From Rhizophagus irregularis (taxonomy: Eukaryota): DNA of 64,000 nt. Below the pieces are notes generated by a model. That model had not been told where the DNA came from, made no database searches, and saw nothing but the letters and a program-made list of their open reading frames with translations. This document shows, one piece after another, positions 35,429-49,659 of this stretch. Made by a program: the position numbers and the translations under genes. Every line of letters begins with the position of its first letter. Position 1 is the stretch's first letter. The stretch spans positions 4,092,001 through 4,156,000 of the forward strand of contig NC_089435.1 of the NCBI RefSeq assembly GCF_026210795.1. The letters are read 5' to 3'.

Positions 35429-38400
35429 TAGGACCCCGAATAATACTAATATAACTCACAAATGATCGGCATGCGTTTACTATTAACTTTACGCAACTTT
35501 TTTTTCATAGTAACGCTACGCAAACTTAAATCTTAGTTAAAAAATTGCTTAAAATACGCAAATTTAAAATGTGAGTTATAAGGACAATAAACCATTTAAA
35601 TTTTATTATATTTAATTTATCACCAATTTAAATCATATTACATATAAATTTCAATGATATTTTTTCTACCCTTTAACTATTGCCTCCTTTATATCATCGC
35701 GATTAAAGTAATTATATATAATCTTTCCAAAGCCTTTCAAACTTAAAGAACTTTCGGTCACAATAACATCTATATTTGCTAAATGATATACTATATTATC
35801 AGGCTGATGGTGCGTAAAAATCTTTGATTTTTCATTAGTTAGACCGGAAAAAATGTTATAATGAATTGGTAAAAATACATGAAGTGTAATATACGATAAA
35901 CTATCAAGATCCGTTACCTCTCCTACATGATAAGAATGATAATTATATACCTCATAATACATTGCTATGACGCGTGCAATACAAAGTATTAAACCGAAAA
36001 TTGCAATAACAAATTGATTATTTGATAAGGGATTATCAGTATTAACATTGGCACAGTCAATATTCGGAACTGTGAAAATTAAATAAAGTTTAAATTAAAA
36101 AATATATATTTTAAAAAATAATATAGATTTTAAATTATTTATTATATAAAACTTACTTTCACAAATAACTGAATTAACGTTTCGTTTTTTCTTATTTTTA
36201 TTTTTTGCCAAGTCTTCTCTATGTTGTTGAACAAGCTTTGTTGCCATGGTTTTTCTATTTATCATCCAACGTTTTTCACGCTGTGTAACAAATCGTGTTT
36301 CTGGATTTTCATTATTAATAAGATGTGCAACCATATGACTTGCTTTATTCGGATTTATTATTCCTGGATCGCTATTATTTGCAATTTGTTCACCACGATA
36401 TTTACGTTCCAACTTTTTTGAAGAGTAAGCTTCATGTTTAACACGAATTTCTATCATTTCAACCAAATTTAATTGGCCATCTGTTAAAGTATACTGAATA
36501 CTTAAATTAACATCATCTGAATAAATAGAATTTATAATTCCCTATTTAATAAATAAACAAATATAATTTATACACAAGTTTTTTGACAGTTACGTACCAT
36601 TATTTACTGGAGTTAAATTAGAACGAGTATTTTGTACTATCACATCCACTTGTTTAGCAAGATCTCCCACATCTAATTTAACTATATCATCATCTGATAA
36701 AGAAAGAAACCCGGTCTGTTTTAAAGCTATCTCAATAGCTGTAGAAATATCATTTTCTTTTAAAAGTGGATCTTCATCTACCGGTAATTCATTAATAATT
36801 TCATTATCCATTGAAATATCATTATCAACCTGATTTTGAATTAAAATTATCGGTTCCACATAGGTTAAGTTTAAATTATTCTCTGATGGAACATCTATAC
36901 CTAACGCCTCACATAATTCCATCGCAACACTAAAAGAATCTTTGAAATAGTCACGTATGGTAGAGTCCGTTGGCCAATCACGCAAAATATTGAGTTGTTC
37001 AATATTTAGATCCATATTATTATAATCGTAATGGTATCCTAAATATTATGAAAATTTTACATTAGTCATTGAATTTTAAGTAAAGGTAAAATTAAATTAC
37101 ACTATGTCTTGTAGATTTATTATACCTTCACGTACTGATTTTTCTTTTTCGTATATAAGATTATTATTTCTTAGTGCCTTAGAACATTGAGCAATTTTTG
37201 GAATCAGATGAATCAGTTCAGCGTAAGTAAAGTCTGAATTTATTTGACGAGCAATACCAAAAAAATGCTCAACAGCTTCAGATCCATGCATCCATGGAAG
37301 TAAAGGAACTGATGAATAATATTCACAGTGAGCTTTTATCAAAAGAATCATTGATTCTGCTAGTGATGTAAGAATAGAATAGCTTTGATCAGCTAAAAAA
37401 TTCTTTTTTAAACTAATGAAATCAGGATAATTTTCTGATAAATTCAATATATGTTGGCACCAAAAACGAAGAAAAAAAAATGTCATAGCCATTTTAATAC
37501 GTTCTAATGGACTGATTTGTCGATTAAGATAGCAATCAATTAATTCACCTTAATAATAATGAATTTTTAATTAGTATATATTTCTGACTAAAATAATAAC
37601 AATAGAATAAAATTTACCGAAAATAAACAATAAAACAAAAAATCTACACATCTCCTCATCTTCGGGATTTTCCAAATGTTGCAAATACACATTTCTTAAA
37701 TTTGAAGAGCAGAAAGCTCTATACGCAGCACCATCATCCTGACGATCAAGTTTCACAACATCTTGTTTGTACATTATGGAATCCGGACGTTGAGAAATAT
37801 GTAAAAAATGGTCAAACCGTGCAGTTGATCTTCCAAGTGATAAAACTCTTGCACCAGACATAATTATATTTCGGCAAGTTTTTTTAGCATGTTTCGGATC
37901 CTGTACTCTTACAACAGGTCCGATTGATGGTAAAATTGGACAACTAAAAGTTACCTCAAACCTTGTATCAATCATTTGTAATCTTTCGTTTGTTGCCATA
38001 CTTTGAATAATTGTTTGGGCTTGAAATTCAACTAGCGCACCATCAGACCCAATACTTAAAATGTGCAAATTTAATTGAGGTGCGATATTAATTAAAAGTT
38101 CCCGGTGAAAATCAGCAATTGTAGATGTTTTATCTGAACCATTATTTGGAATTAATGCAATTACCACCGGAGGAAATTTAGGCAGTGGAATCTAAATATT
38201 TAAATAAAATATATAATTAATAAATTAATAAATAATATAAATAATTAATGCTAATATATAATTTAACTCACTTGTAAAATATATGTTCGAACACTACTTG
38301 CGAATGCTTTTTCACTTTTGATTTTATTAATTACTTGAGGAATTTGATCATAATTAGTGATTTTTGTTTCATTATAATTTAATGTTGATCCAATAATGCA

Positions 38401-40468
38401 GCCGAATTGTGATGAATAATAAAGACCAGATTTTAATTTCGTATTATCAGTCATTGCAGTGATAGGACCATCGTAACGCAAAGTATCTATTAATCGTTTA
38501 AATCTTGCAACATTCTCATAACAAAGCTCTGGGTCAGTAAGACAATCAATTTCATTCTTTCTTAATCGTCTTATTAAAATAAAATTTATTATTAATATAA
38601 ATTAAAGTATAAGCTTATTAATTAAATGTATAAAATACCTTATATTTTGAATACTTCTTCCTTCCAAATTTTGCCGAAAAAGATCCAAAGCTCGATTACT
38701 AAAACTAGCTAAAATTACAAGAAAATTAGTGAATTCCTCTGAATATTTAGAATTTTGTTTTCCCATGTCTTTTTCTTTTCGTAAATATGCTTGGACCATT
38801 ATGTGACATAGTCCAGTAAATACAGGTTTATCGTTAAAAGCACCTTTCATTGCTTTATCAGCTAAAGTAAGCCATACAGTTGAATTAGTATGAGATAACT
38901 CGTCTCCTTTGATAATATTCCAAATCTGAAGTAAATCAACATTTTGTAAATATTTTTTCATAGGATCATTTTCAAACCAAAATAAAGGAGTATGTTTTAT
39001 ATTTTGAGATTTTGGTGTTGGTATAGCAATTCGATTTGCCAATAAAGTATTTGAACGCAATGATAAACATGCTGTACAACAGATTTTATTATGACAATTT
39101 TCATTAACATATCCGTTACATTCTTTAGCACGTACAGAATCACCTAAAATATGCAAGTTTTAATATAACAAAATAAATAAACTAGCAAATAATATAAAAA
39201 TATAAAAATAATATAATTACTTTGACGGTCAATAAACCATTGACTTTCAGCATAAATTTGATGATTGAGAATTCTTTTTTCTTTTAAATTAAGTTTCTTT
39301 CTAGAAAATCCCTTTTTAAATCTATTCCTCCATATTTCTTTTGCAATTATTTCTACACGACGAGAACCACCAAAATTTGCAGGAGTACGATTAATATATT
39401 CTGAAATTTTAGCAGAACGAAGCCCACTACAAATTCTTCTTTTATTTGAAGTTAAATCAATGTTTTCATTAAAATCAAGATCAATAGAATTGTTATCTTC
39501 GTCATGCTCATCATCACGCTCGTCAACACCAATAATATCATCATCATCCATTGCGTCCTCAACTTCACTACTCCAATCTTCTCATTCTTCATCGGAATCA
39601 TTAGAATTATCATATTTTTTATTAATATCAAAATAATTATATAATGTTTTTTGACCTTCAACTCGTGTACATCCTTTACTTCTAGCATGACGGTTAATAT
39701 AATCTTCATCCCATTTTCTTGAAAGTTTAATCACTGCTCCACATATACAAATAACTTTTTTTGCACGTAATACTTTGGCAACATATGGATGCTTTTTTAA
39801 ACGCTCTTTTGAATATTTCCAACCTGTCATAATTCAGTATTATAAAATATAAATTTTAGTATTTTAGATAAAAAAAAATGTGTATCAAAAATACAAGTGA
39901 TGTAAGATGGAAACTTACGGGAATTAAAATTGAATTACTAAGTAATTGATATAAATTCTTTCTATATAATATGAAAATTTACCTTTATTGTAATAATACA
40001 AGTAATTCATTATCTTTTATAAGAACAACCCGCAATGTATTGACGTATTAAAAGCTAGGGGGTGGGAAACAACAATTATTACGATATAATTTTAACATAA
40101 TTAGAATAAATACGATATAAATTTATTGAATTTAATTTAATACGTATTGTTTAACATAATTAAAATAACCCAGAAATAATTAAAAAAATTTTGGATAAAT
40201 AATTTAAACAAACGGAATATAAAATATAAAATGTAAACATTTTTTACATAACGAGTTGACGATATTTATTTACAGTTAAAAAATGATCAACACTACGCAT
40301 CTCTAAACTCTTAGTTCCTATTTTAGTTAATTCTACGCAAACATAATTTGTGAGTTATCTAAAATTAGGCTGATCTATGCAAATTCAATTTATTAGTTTA
40401 AAAAATAATTTCATATAAACTCTACGCAAACCCAAATGTGAGTTATATCAGTATTATTCGGGGTCCTG
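35429..40468. mobile_element. P-element-like DNA transposon (5.0 kb) inserted in pPolB
   Basis: ~33-bp TIRs (T/C)AGGACCCCGAATAATACT(A/G)ATATAACTCACA; no TSD; flanking pPolB sequence appears deleted. Confidence 0.85.
35666..39830 (-). CDS. P-element-like DDE transposase, multi-exon
   Basis: Motifs MTDNTKL, IGSDGA, QDPKHAKKTCRN (DxxH), DRQDD, HGSEAVEHFFG; exons separated by short AT-rich introns. Confidence 0.7.
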
Positions 40469-42861
40469 GCTGAAGCAATTCGCAATGAATTCAGAAACCC
40501 AATGGAAATGATGCCATTAACAACCCAAGAGTAAGTAAGTTATGATAATGCAATAAACTGCTGGATATGTCGCAACCCCTTAGATGGAAATAAAGTAAGA
40601 GACCACTGCCATATTACAGGAAGGTATCGAGGTGCAGCACATAGAGGATGTAATCTTGACTTATCCATAAAACCTCGTGAAATGCATATCCCAGTAATCT
40701 TTCACAATTTATCAGGATATGATGGACACATAATTATGCAAGGAATTGGTGCAATGGAATGTGAGGATGATATTGATCCTATCCCTTATAACATGGAAAA
40801 GTATATGGCATTCAAGTTAGGTTCCCTCCGATTTATAGACAGCCTACAATTCATGAAATCAAGTCTCGACAAATTAGCATCCAACCTAGGTGCAGAAAAA
40901 TGTAGAGCACAAGAATGTAGTAATCCACAACACTTATGGCGAATTGATGCAGGTAGATGCTTTACACATCCCGAAAACTTTAAGATAACACGAAGTCAAA
41001 TACCACCTGAATTACTCGAGATTTATCTTAAGAAAGGTGTCTACCCGTATGAATATATGGATGACTGGAAAAAGTTCGAGAAAACTAGTTTACCACCTAA
41101 AGGAGCATTCTATAGCAAACTTAATGAAACCCACATTAGTGATAAAGAATATGAATATGCACAGTATGTATGGGAAAAAGCAGGATGTAAAACAATGCAA
41201 GATTATCATGACATTTATCTCAAAACTGACGTCCTTCTACTAGCCGATATATTTCAGAATTTCCGAGAAATGGCTTTGAAAAAATATGGGTTAGATCCTC
41301 TCTGGTACTATTCAACACCAGGCTTCGCATGGGATGCACTATTCTTCATGACAGGGCAAAGATTGGATCTTATAACTGACCAGGATATGTATATGATGGT
41401 AGAACAAGGATTACGTGGTGGAATCTCTATGGTAAGTAAACGATATGCTCGTGCAAATAATCCAGGTATGGGAGAAGGTAAATGGACCGCAGATAAGCCC
41501 AAGTCATCTATTCTATACTTAGACGCAAATAACCTATATGGATGGGCCATGTTGCAATACTTACCTACAGGTAACTTCCACTGGATAAAGGAGGAAAACG
41601 AGTTATCTAACATTCAAAGGCAAATAGAAAGTAATGAAATACCAGATGATTCTTCTGAGGGATATATCCTTAAAGTCAAACTGGAGTACCCTCAAGCCCT
41701 CCATTCACAACACACAGATTACCCCCTTGCACCAGAACGAATGAAGGTTAAGAAGGAATGGCTTAGTAAAAAGCAGCAGGAAATAATAGCACGTTCAGGA
41801 CAACGATATACACCCACAGATAAGCTCATCCCTAACCTATTTGATAAGGATGAATATGTAGTTCATTATAGAAATCTCCAGTATTATGTTAGCCAGGGCT
41901 TAGTAATCAAGAAGGTCTATGAAGCTATAAAATTCGAGCAGGCTCCATAGATGAAACCATATATAGAATTTAACACCGCCGAACGTGCTAAGGCTAAGAA
42001 TGATTTTGAGAAGGACTTCTATAAACTCATGAATAATAGTGTATTTGGTAAAACTATGGAAAATCTCAGAAAACGTGTACGTGTCTCAGTAGTACAACCC
42101 CAAACCCATCCCAAGAAATATAAAAAGCTTACCTCAGATCCTGCATTCAAGGGTCGTAAAATATTCTCAGAAAATCTTGTTGCAATCCACTGACGAAAAG
42201 TGGAGGTAATGCTTAACCGTCCAACATATGTGGGTATGAGTGTGCTTGACCTCTCGAAGTTCTGTATGTATCAATTCTACTATGATACTCTTAAAGTACG
42301 ATATGGTGAAAAAATCCAGTTATGTTATACAGACACAGACTCACTTCTTGTACAAATCCAAACTGAGGATATCAATGCAGACCTCATAGATATGGCAGAC
42401 CAATTTGACTTCAGTGATTATCCTAAAGATCATCCCTGTACGAAAAGCATTAGGTGATAAGACTGACATAAATATGAAAATCCCAGGGAAATTTAAGGAT
42501 GAATGTAATGGAGCAGTTATAGCAGAATTTATTGGCCTCCGTCCCAAAATGTACTCCATTCTCAAGGTAGGGGATGAGAGCTAATCCAAATCCAAAACAT
42601 GGTATCCGTAAGGCTAAAGGTGTCCCCTCAAAGGTAGTTAAAAAAGAGTTCCACCATGAGCGGTATAATAAGGCACTCTTTGATCCTAAACATAATGATA
42701 CAGTCACCTTTAGAGCAATCCGATCTGATAGACATGCCATAAATGTTATAGAAATGTCGAAGGTGGGATTATCCCCTATGGATGATAAAAAATGGATTGC
42801 ACAAGATAATATCACAATGTATGCACATGGAGATTATAGGATACCACAACTTGAAAATTAA
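40469..42861 (+). pseudogene. Protein-primed family B DNA polymerase, exonuclease/polymerase part (stops and frameshifts)
   Basis: VRDHCHITGRYRGAAH..CN, FHNLSGYD, KGVYPYEY, YLKTDVLLLAD, motif A YLDANNLYGWAM, motif B KLMNNSVFGKT, motif C YTDTDS, KAKGV; stops at ~40532, 41948 and 42191. Confidence 0.95.
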
Positions 42862-43102
42862 TATAATATATGAGTAGGAGGCAGCATAGTATCAGATGGC
42901 ACAACTAATAATTCTTCTCGAGTAAATATTTTTTTAGGTCCATCAGATAACCTATATATAACCAGCTGCCCATCAACAACTGTGGAAGATTCAATTGTAT
43001 AAACTTTAGTAGACCATATTGGATCAGTTGCACGTCTCCTACCTTGGTAATCTGAGTTATCAAGTAAGTATCTCACAAGAGAACCAGCTGGTAAACGTAT
43101 TT
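42858..43102 (-). pseudogene. rve integrase of the inner element, C-terminal part
   Basis: IRLPAGSLVRYLL...GRRRATDPIWS...FTREELLVVP is homologous to the outer integrase C-terminus and joins in frame to GAEE at 49660. Confidence 0.9.
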
Positions 43103-43339
43103 GGGGTGAGTGCTGGGAAAAGGGACCAAATCGACATTTTATACATTTTGAGATAAATGCGATTTTGTGATTTCTGACGTAAATTCCAAATATTCGGATC
43201 ACAAGACAAAAACCAGTTTATTACAAGACGAAATCCAGTTTTTATATCTGATCATTTGATGAGTTATTTATTTATACACAGTTTTAGAATAAATACTGGT
43301 AACCGCATCTTTATTTTAAAATCTGAATAAAAAAAATAT

Positions 43340-44410
43340 ATTCTAATGCTTTCTTTTCTTTCTTTTTAGGTTCTTCGGCTTTCTTGGTTCTGCGGTCAAG
43401 GTATTTTCATTATTTTTCGTTTATTTGTTTCTTTGTTGCTCCATTTCGTTTCTAATGCTTTCTTTTTTTTCTTTTCAGGTTCTCCGGCTCTTTTCGGTTC
43501 TGTGGTCATTGGTCAAGGTATTTTCATTTTTTTTCGGTTGTTTTATTTCTTCGTTTCTCCCTTTCGTTTTAATTTTGTTTCTAATAATGCTTTCTTTTCT
43601 TTCTTTTTAGGTTCTTCGGCTCTCTCGGGTTTGCGATCAAAGTATTTTCTTTTTTTTATTTGTTTGTTTCTTTGTTGCTCTATTTGTTTACTTTTGTTCC
43701 TAAACTAATGCTTTCTTTTTTTTCGTTTTAGGGTTCTTCGGCTCTTTTCGGTTCTGCAGTTAAGGTATTTTCATTTTTTTTCATTCTTCATTTCTCTATT
43801 TCGTTTTAATTTTATTTCTAATGCTTTCTTTTTTTTTCTTTTAAGGTTCTTCGACTCTTTTTTGGTTCAGTCAAGGTATTTTCATTTTTTCGTTTGTTTC
43901 TCTATTTCATTTTAATTATGTCTCTAATGCTTTCTTTTCTTTCTTTTTAGGTTCTTCGGCTCTCTCAGTTCTGCGGTCAAGGTATTTTTATTATTTTTCA
44001 TTTGTTTGTTTCTTCGTTGCTCCATTTTGTTTCTAATGCTTTCTTTTTTTTTCTTTTTAGGTTCTTCGGCTCTGATGGGTATTATCAAGTACACACGATG
44101 GTTGCAATGAGATATTAATCAAAAATCGATTATATGTTGTTTCCCTACTAATATAATCTCATTTCGACTTTCGGCCACAAAATTTATCGTATGTCTTTTT
44201 TTCATTTTGCTTCTTGCATTTTGTTTCCTACTAACTTTATTTCGTTTTTTTAGGTCCTTTGGCTCTTTCGGTTTTGCAATTAAGGTATGTCCAGCACTAC
44301 ATGGCCGTTTCTTCTTATTTTTTTATTTCATTCTTATATTTCGTTTCTTACATTTTGTATTTCGTTCTTTTTAGGTCTTTCGGTTCTTCTCTGCAACTAC
44401 TAAGGTATGT
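43340..44410 (+). repeat. Micro-exon/intron tandem array (left side of Sola2)
   Basis: CTAATGCTTTC-T-rich-TTTAG|GTTCTTCGGCTCT...TGCGGTCAAG|GTATTT; about 9 units with ~31-nt exons. Confidence 0.8.
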
Positions 44411-45172
44411 TTTTTATTTTTTTTTGTTTTTGTTTATTTATTACATGTAATTTCCGTTCCCTACTAACTTTATTTCTTCTTTTATTTTATGGGTTTGGTT
44501 TTCACTTGGTCACCTGTTACTTTCGTATTTTTTTTGTTTCCACTTTGTTTTTTCCGTTCCTTTCTTTTTTTTCGTTCCCATTTCGTCTTTTTCCGTTCCC
44601 ATTTCGTCTTTTTCATTCCTTTACACTACTCTTCGTTCCTTCCATTTTTATTCCATTCCCACTTCATCTTTTTCATTCCTTTACACTACCTTTCGTTATT
44701 TTCATTTTTTTTTTCCATTCCCACTTCATCTTTTTCATTTCTTTACACTACCCTTTGTTCCTTTCATTTTTTTATTCCCCTTTACTACATTTCGTCCCCC
44801 TTCATTCTTTTCATTTTTTTTTTCATTCCCACTTGTTCTTTTTCGTTCCTTTCGTTTCTTTCACTCCCCCTTTGCTCCATTTCGTTCCTCCTTCGCTCCC
44901 CCTTCGTTTCTTTCATTCCCTTTCACTCTCCCTATTTTTTTCATTCACCCTCATTCTTTTTTCCTTTTTCATTCACTTATTCTCTTTTATTTATCGTTGC
45001 GACTCATTTTTTTTATAATTCCTATCAAAAAATTTAAAAAATTTACAGGGGATTTATATGCAAATTACGAAGTGAGAAATATTGAATTTTATTTAATAAA
45101 TTAATCATGAGTGAAATCACCCTTAGGTGATTTCACCCTGAATGCAAATTAGCAACAGTCTTAAATATCTAT

Positions 45173-47499
45173 CTAATTTTCAGATTTGTCTTTACTAGGT
45201 TTTGGTATAAGTGGTTTTGAACAATATTGATCTTTTTTATCTGGATGAGTAACATGTTCACGGATTTGCTCATATAAGTACCATTGTCGTTCTGCAGATA
45301 ATTTCTTTGGTAACAATATATTTGGAAAACTAATTAAAGGAGTTATATTTTTTTTAAGAATTGAAATTTCTATTTTTTCTCCATCAACTTTTGTTTGAAC
45401 ATTTACTATTCCATTTTTTTCATTTGAAATTTCAAAATGATGCTGCTGAAGGATTTGTGGTATTTTAGTAAATTCTTTATTTAAAAATTCAGTCCATTTA
45501 TAAAAAAGAACTTTTTGATTTCCACCTAAACCATAAATTGTTTGTGCTGTATTAAATCCTCCAGTAGTAGAATTATGAACTACTTCTACCATATCAGAAA
45601 GATCTTGAACTTCTGAAACTCGCATTTTTAATTTAATTAATCCAAAAAATCCATCTGGAGAAAACTTTGTATGACCAGCTACCATAAAGCAGTATTTAAT
45701 CCGATCATGTAAACCATTCATTACTCTCCATGTTAAATATTGAATCATGGCATTATTTTTGTTTTGACCTGAACAATTATCAGCATGAACGATTAGGTAT
45801 TTTTCTCCAAGACCATGGGTTTTAAAATAATGATGGACCAAAGAAATTACAGCATCTGCACCTTTTCCCACATTTTCATTTTCTTGTATTAAATAATTTT
45901 TCTATAAAATATATTATTAATTTTATTATTAATTAATTTAATTTTATATATTTTTTTTTAGTTTATATAATTAAACTATACCTGTTGGGGAAAGGCTTCT
46001 TCACAAATTCCAAAAATAGAAACTTTCCATGGTGATTTAAAGTAAATTGATCCCTAAAAATATTAATAATATTAATATATAATAAAAATGCTAAGTTTTT
46101 AATTATTTAATATTTAAACTTTTACCTCTTGTTGTGAGGAGTAGGGAAGGTGAACACCTTCAGCAAAATCCCATGAAATATGATTTTCAAATTCTAAAGA
46201 ATTTGAAACTCCAGGACGTATTATTAATTCTTTATCAATTTTTGTTAATTGATCTTTAGAATTTTTTATACAGTTTCTTAAATAAATATAAAATATAAAT
46301 TAATATACAAAATTGTAAAGAATTTATTATTAATAAGTTACTAACCTATAATAATCTCTTTCTTGATTAGCCCATGTAATATGTTCATGCCATTCTTTTA
46401 CTTTATCATCCTTTTCATCTTGATTCCAAAATTGTGTATTGAACCTCATATTTTTACAATGAAAACACAAATCACTTCTAGGAGATAAAAATTTAATTTC
46501 TGGAATATATTTTTTCCAAACTCTTAAAAAGGTCCAACAACTTATATAATGTTCAGAATCAATTTCTAAACTTGATTCATACAGTCGATATAATCCTATA
46601 TAACTATCACTAACTGGAAGAAAAATTATAGCCATTGTATCATCACGAAAACTACGTCCTATAAAATTAAATAACTTATTAATATATTTATTAAGTAAAA
46701 TAAGTTATTTGATTAAAAATCAATAAATTATACCTGGAGAAGGTAATCCATGAATATTGGCATAATTAATAATAAAAGTAAGTATATGTAAAATTGTTTC
46801 AAATGTTAAAGCATGACTACTTTTTCTTCTTTTATTTCCATGTAATATAGGTTTAAACCCATTTATTTGATAATGACTTCGAATCATCTTCCATTTTTTT
46901 ATACTTAGTGAATAAATATGAAGAAAAGCTGTTTCACAAATTTCAATTTCATCAAAGATATATTTAATAGTTAAATATTTTTTTTCAGTTTTACTATGAT
47001 GGGTTTGATCTGAACATTTCATAGCGTGGAGTAATCCTAATAAAAACATATTTAACTCAGATTTTGGAAGTGATTTTATTGTTTGAAAAGAAAGAAGAGC
47101 ATTATCATGATTGATTTTGGTTGTATAACATTTTTTATTACAACAGTCAGAATGAAGAATAAGCTTAAATGCCTTTTCATCCTGTTCATTTAAAAGCTTT
47201 TCCATTTTACTTTGCTCTTTTTGTTCATCATCATCATCAACATCCATTATATCATATAATTTTTGAAATTTTTCTTTTTGAGCTGAAGTTAAAATTTCAT
47301 TTCCTTCATCTTCTGATAATTCATCTACGGAATATGCATCACTTTCATCAGGAATTGGAGTGGATTCCGGTTTGTCATTAATTTCTAATTCACCATCATT
47401 TTGATATAATGCTTTAAGTTGTTCAAATTCTTTAGATAATGAATTTATTGAATGGGCTTCTATAATTGTAGGATAAAATATTTCGTGAGTGGACTCCAT
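45173..47499 (-). CDS. Sola2 DDD transposase, multi-exon
   Basis: Motifs PRSDLCFHC, SWDFAE, YFKSPWKV.IFGIC, HADNCSGQNKN, GHTKFSPDGFFG. Confidence 0.85.
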
Positions 47500-47989
47500 T
47501 AGTAAGAAGGATAAGAAGAATGAAAAAAAAAATTAATGCAAATTCTATTTATTTAAATAAAATACCTCCAAAAAAAAAGATTTATTGTATAAAAACATTA
47601 AATATACAGGATTGGTAACATAATACAACACTTAAATTGATGAGATGTCAACGCCATTAGCCATATATAGTCTTATGAAAATGATAAGATAACGATGATA
47701 ACGATAGATAACGATATATAACAAATAAATTTCCCAAAATTTGCAACATAATACCAAAAAAAGATTTTAGACTAATACAGAAATTTCATTATTTTCGTTG
47801 AAAATTCACATTACAAATTTCCCGTAGTGCAAAATACCAAAAAAATTATCATTTTTGTTAAAATAATACACTACACTGATGATAATAAGGCTAATAATGA
47901 TAATAAACCGAATTATGAATAATAATAACAAAAACCAATGTTGGCAAAATAAAACGAACTGTAAATGAAATGAAATGAAAAATAATTAG

Positions 47990-48870
47990 ATATGAAGAAC
48001 CTAAAATATAAAGCAAAGACAAAATAAATAAAATGGAACAAATAAACGAAAAAAAAATGAAAATACCTTGACTGCAGAATCAAAAGAGCCGAAGAACCTA
48101 AAAAGAAAGAAAAGAAAGCATTAGAAACAAAATTAAACCGAAATGGAGGAACGAAGAAACAAAAAAATGAAATAAATACTTTGACTGCAGAATCGAAAAG
48201 AGCCGAAGAACCTAAAAAGAAAAAAAAAGAAAGCATTAGTTTAGGAACAAAAGTAAACAAAATAGAGCAACGAAGAAACAAACAAATAAAAAAAAAGAAA
48301 ATACTTTGATCGCAAACCCGAGAGAGCCGAAGAACCTAAAAAGAAAAGAAAGCATTAGAAACAAAATTAAAATGAAATGGAGAAACGAAGAAACAAACAA
48401 ACGAAAAAAATGAAAATACCTTGACTGCAGAACCGAAAAGAGCCGAAGAACCTAAAAAGAAAAAAAAGAAAGCATTAGTTTAGGAACAAAGTAAAACAAA
48501 ATAGAGCAACGAAGAAACAAACAAATGAAAAAAAAGAAAATACTTTGATCACAAATCCGAGAGAGCCGAAGAACCTAAAAAGAAAGAAAAGAAAGCATTA
48601 TTAAAACGAAATGGAGCAACGAAGAAACAAACAAATGAAAAAAAAAGGAAAATACCTTGATCACAAACTCGAGAGAGCCGAAGAACCTAAAAAAAAAGAA
48701 AAAGAAAGCATTATTAAAACGAAATTGAACAACAAAGAAATAAACAAATGAAAAAAAAGGAAAATACCTTGATCGCAAATCCGGGAGAGCCGAAGAACCT
48801 AAAATAAAAGAAAAGAAGCATTAGAATAAATAAAACGAAATGGGAAACAAGCAAATGAATATACCTTGAC
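47990..48870 (-). repeat. Micro-exon/intron tandem array (right side of Sola2; inverted copy of 43340-44070)
   Basis: Repeated ATACCTTGACTGCAGAA...GAGCCGAAGAACCTAAAA...GAAAGCATTAG; for example, 48235-48345 is a near-perfect reverse complement of 43600-43710. Confidence 0.85.
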
Positions 48871-49659
48871 CCGTTGACCGCTTAGTTTAGTTTCCAGTTG
48901 GTTTCAATTATCTACTAAGGAGCAATTATCGAAGGAGCATTTATAATTAAAAATCCCAATAAAGTAGTTATGGAAAAACTCTACTATTTGGGCTTGTCAG
49001 AGGTCTTTATTGGGAGGGAGTTTTAGTGATGTTTAAAATTATTTATAGGAATTAGTAAAAGACATCGGTGGCGTTAAGCGCACTGGGAGGGGAGCGAAAC
49101 GGCATTGGCTTTATGCAGGCGCGTTTGTTAGTTTAGTTGGGCTACTTAGTCAAATAGTATCGTGCGATGTAGACATGAATACGTTAATATTTCATATAGC
49201 GTGCTCTTTATTTTTTTGCTGTGTTTATTGTTTTATCATGTATTTTAGATAGATACTTTATTTAACGTATATCGAGTCCGGTGCTTGACGTGTAAAGGTT
49301 GTATTGCGAGGCGCGAATTCCTTATTAATAAAAAAAAAAAATCGTACACTGAGTCAGTGCACAAAAACTTTTAATTGGTTGTAAAATTTGGTCCCTTTTC
49401 TCAGCACTCATAAATGTTGTAGTACTGTTTTGGAAGTGATCTGCAAAATTGATTGACATTTGCATCTCCTTATTTAAAAACAACTAAACCAGATATAGGG
49501 TAACAAAGTGTTATAAGGCCGTAGCGCAACATTTTATTATGCTAATGACCCTTCGATATTAAGTAAAAAATGTTTCTTAGATAAATCTTTATCCATTTGT
49601 AATAAAAAATAAATTTTCACTGAAATGTCAATTTGGTCCCTTTTCCCAGCACTCACCCC

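Larger units (their letters stand above)
43103..49659. mobile_element. Sola2-type DNA transposon (6.6 kb) inserted in the integrase
   Basis: ~37-bp TIRs GGGGTGAGTGCTGGGAAAAGGGACCAAAT; 4-bp TSD ATTT (43099-43102 / 49660-49663); extra partial TIR copy at ~49386. Confidence 0.9.

Noticed and set aside
44407..45037. Phe-rich membrane-protein-like ORFs (also 3056, 6600, 8289, 20327-20944, 43433, 47913)
   Set aside because: These are translations of low-complexity pyrimidine tracts or repeats.
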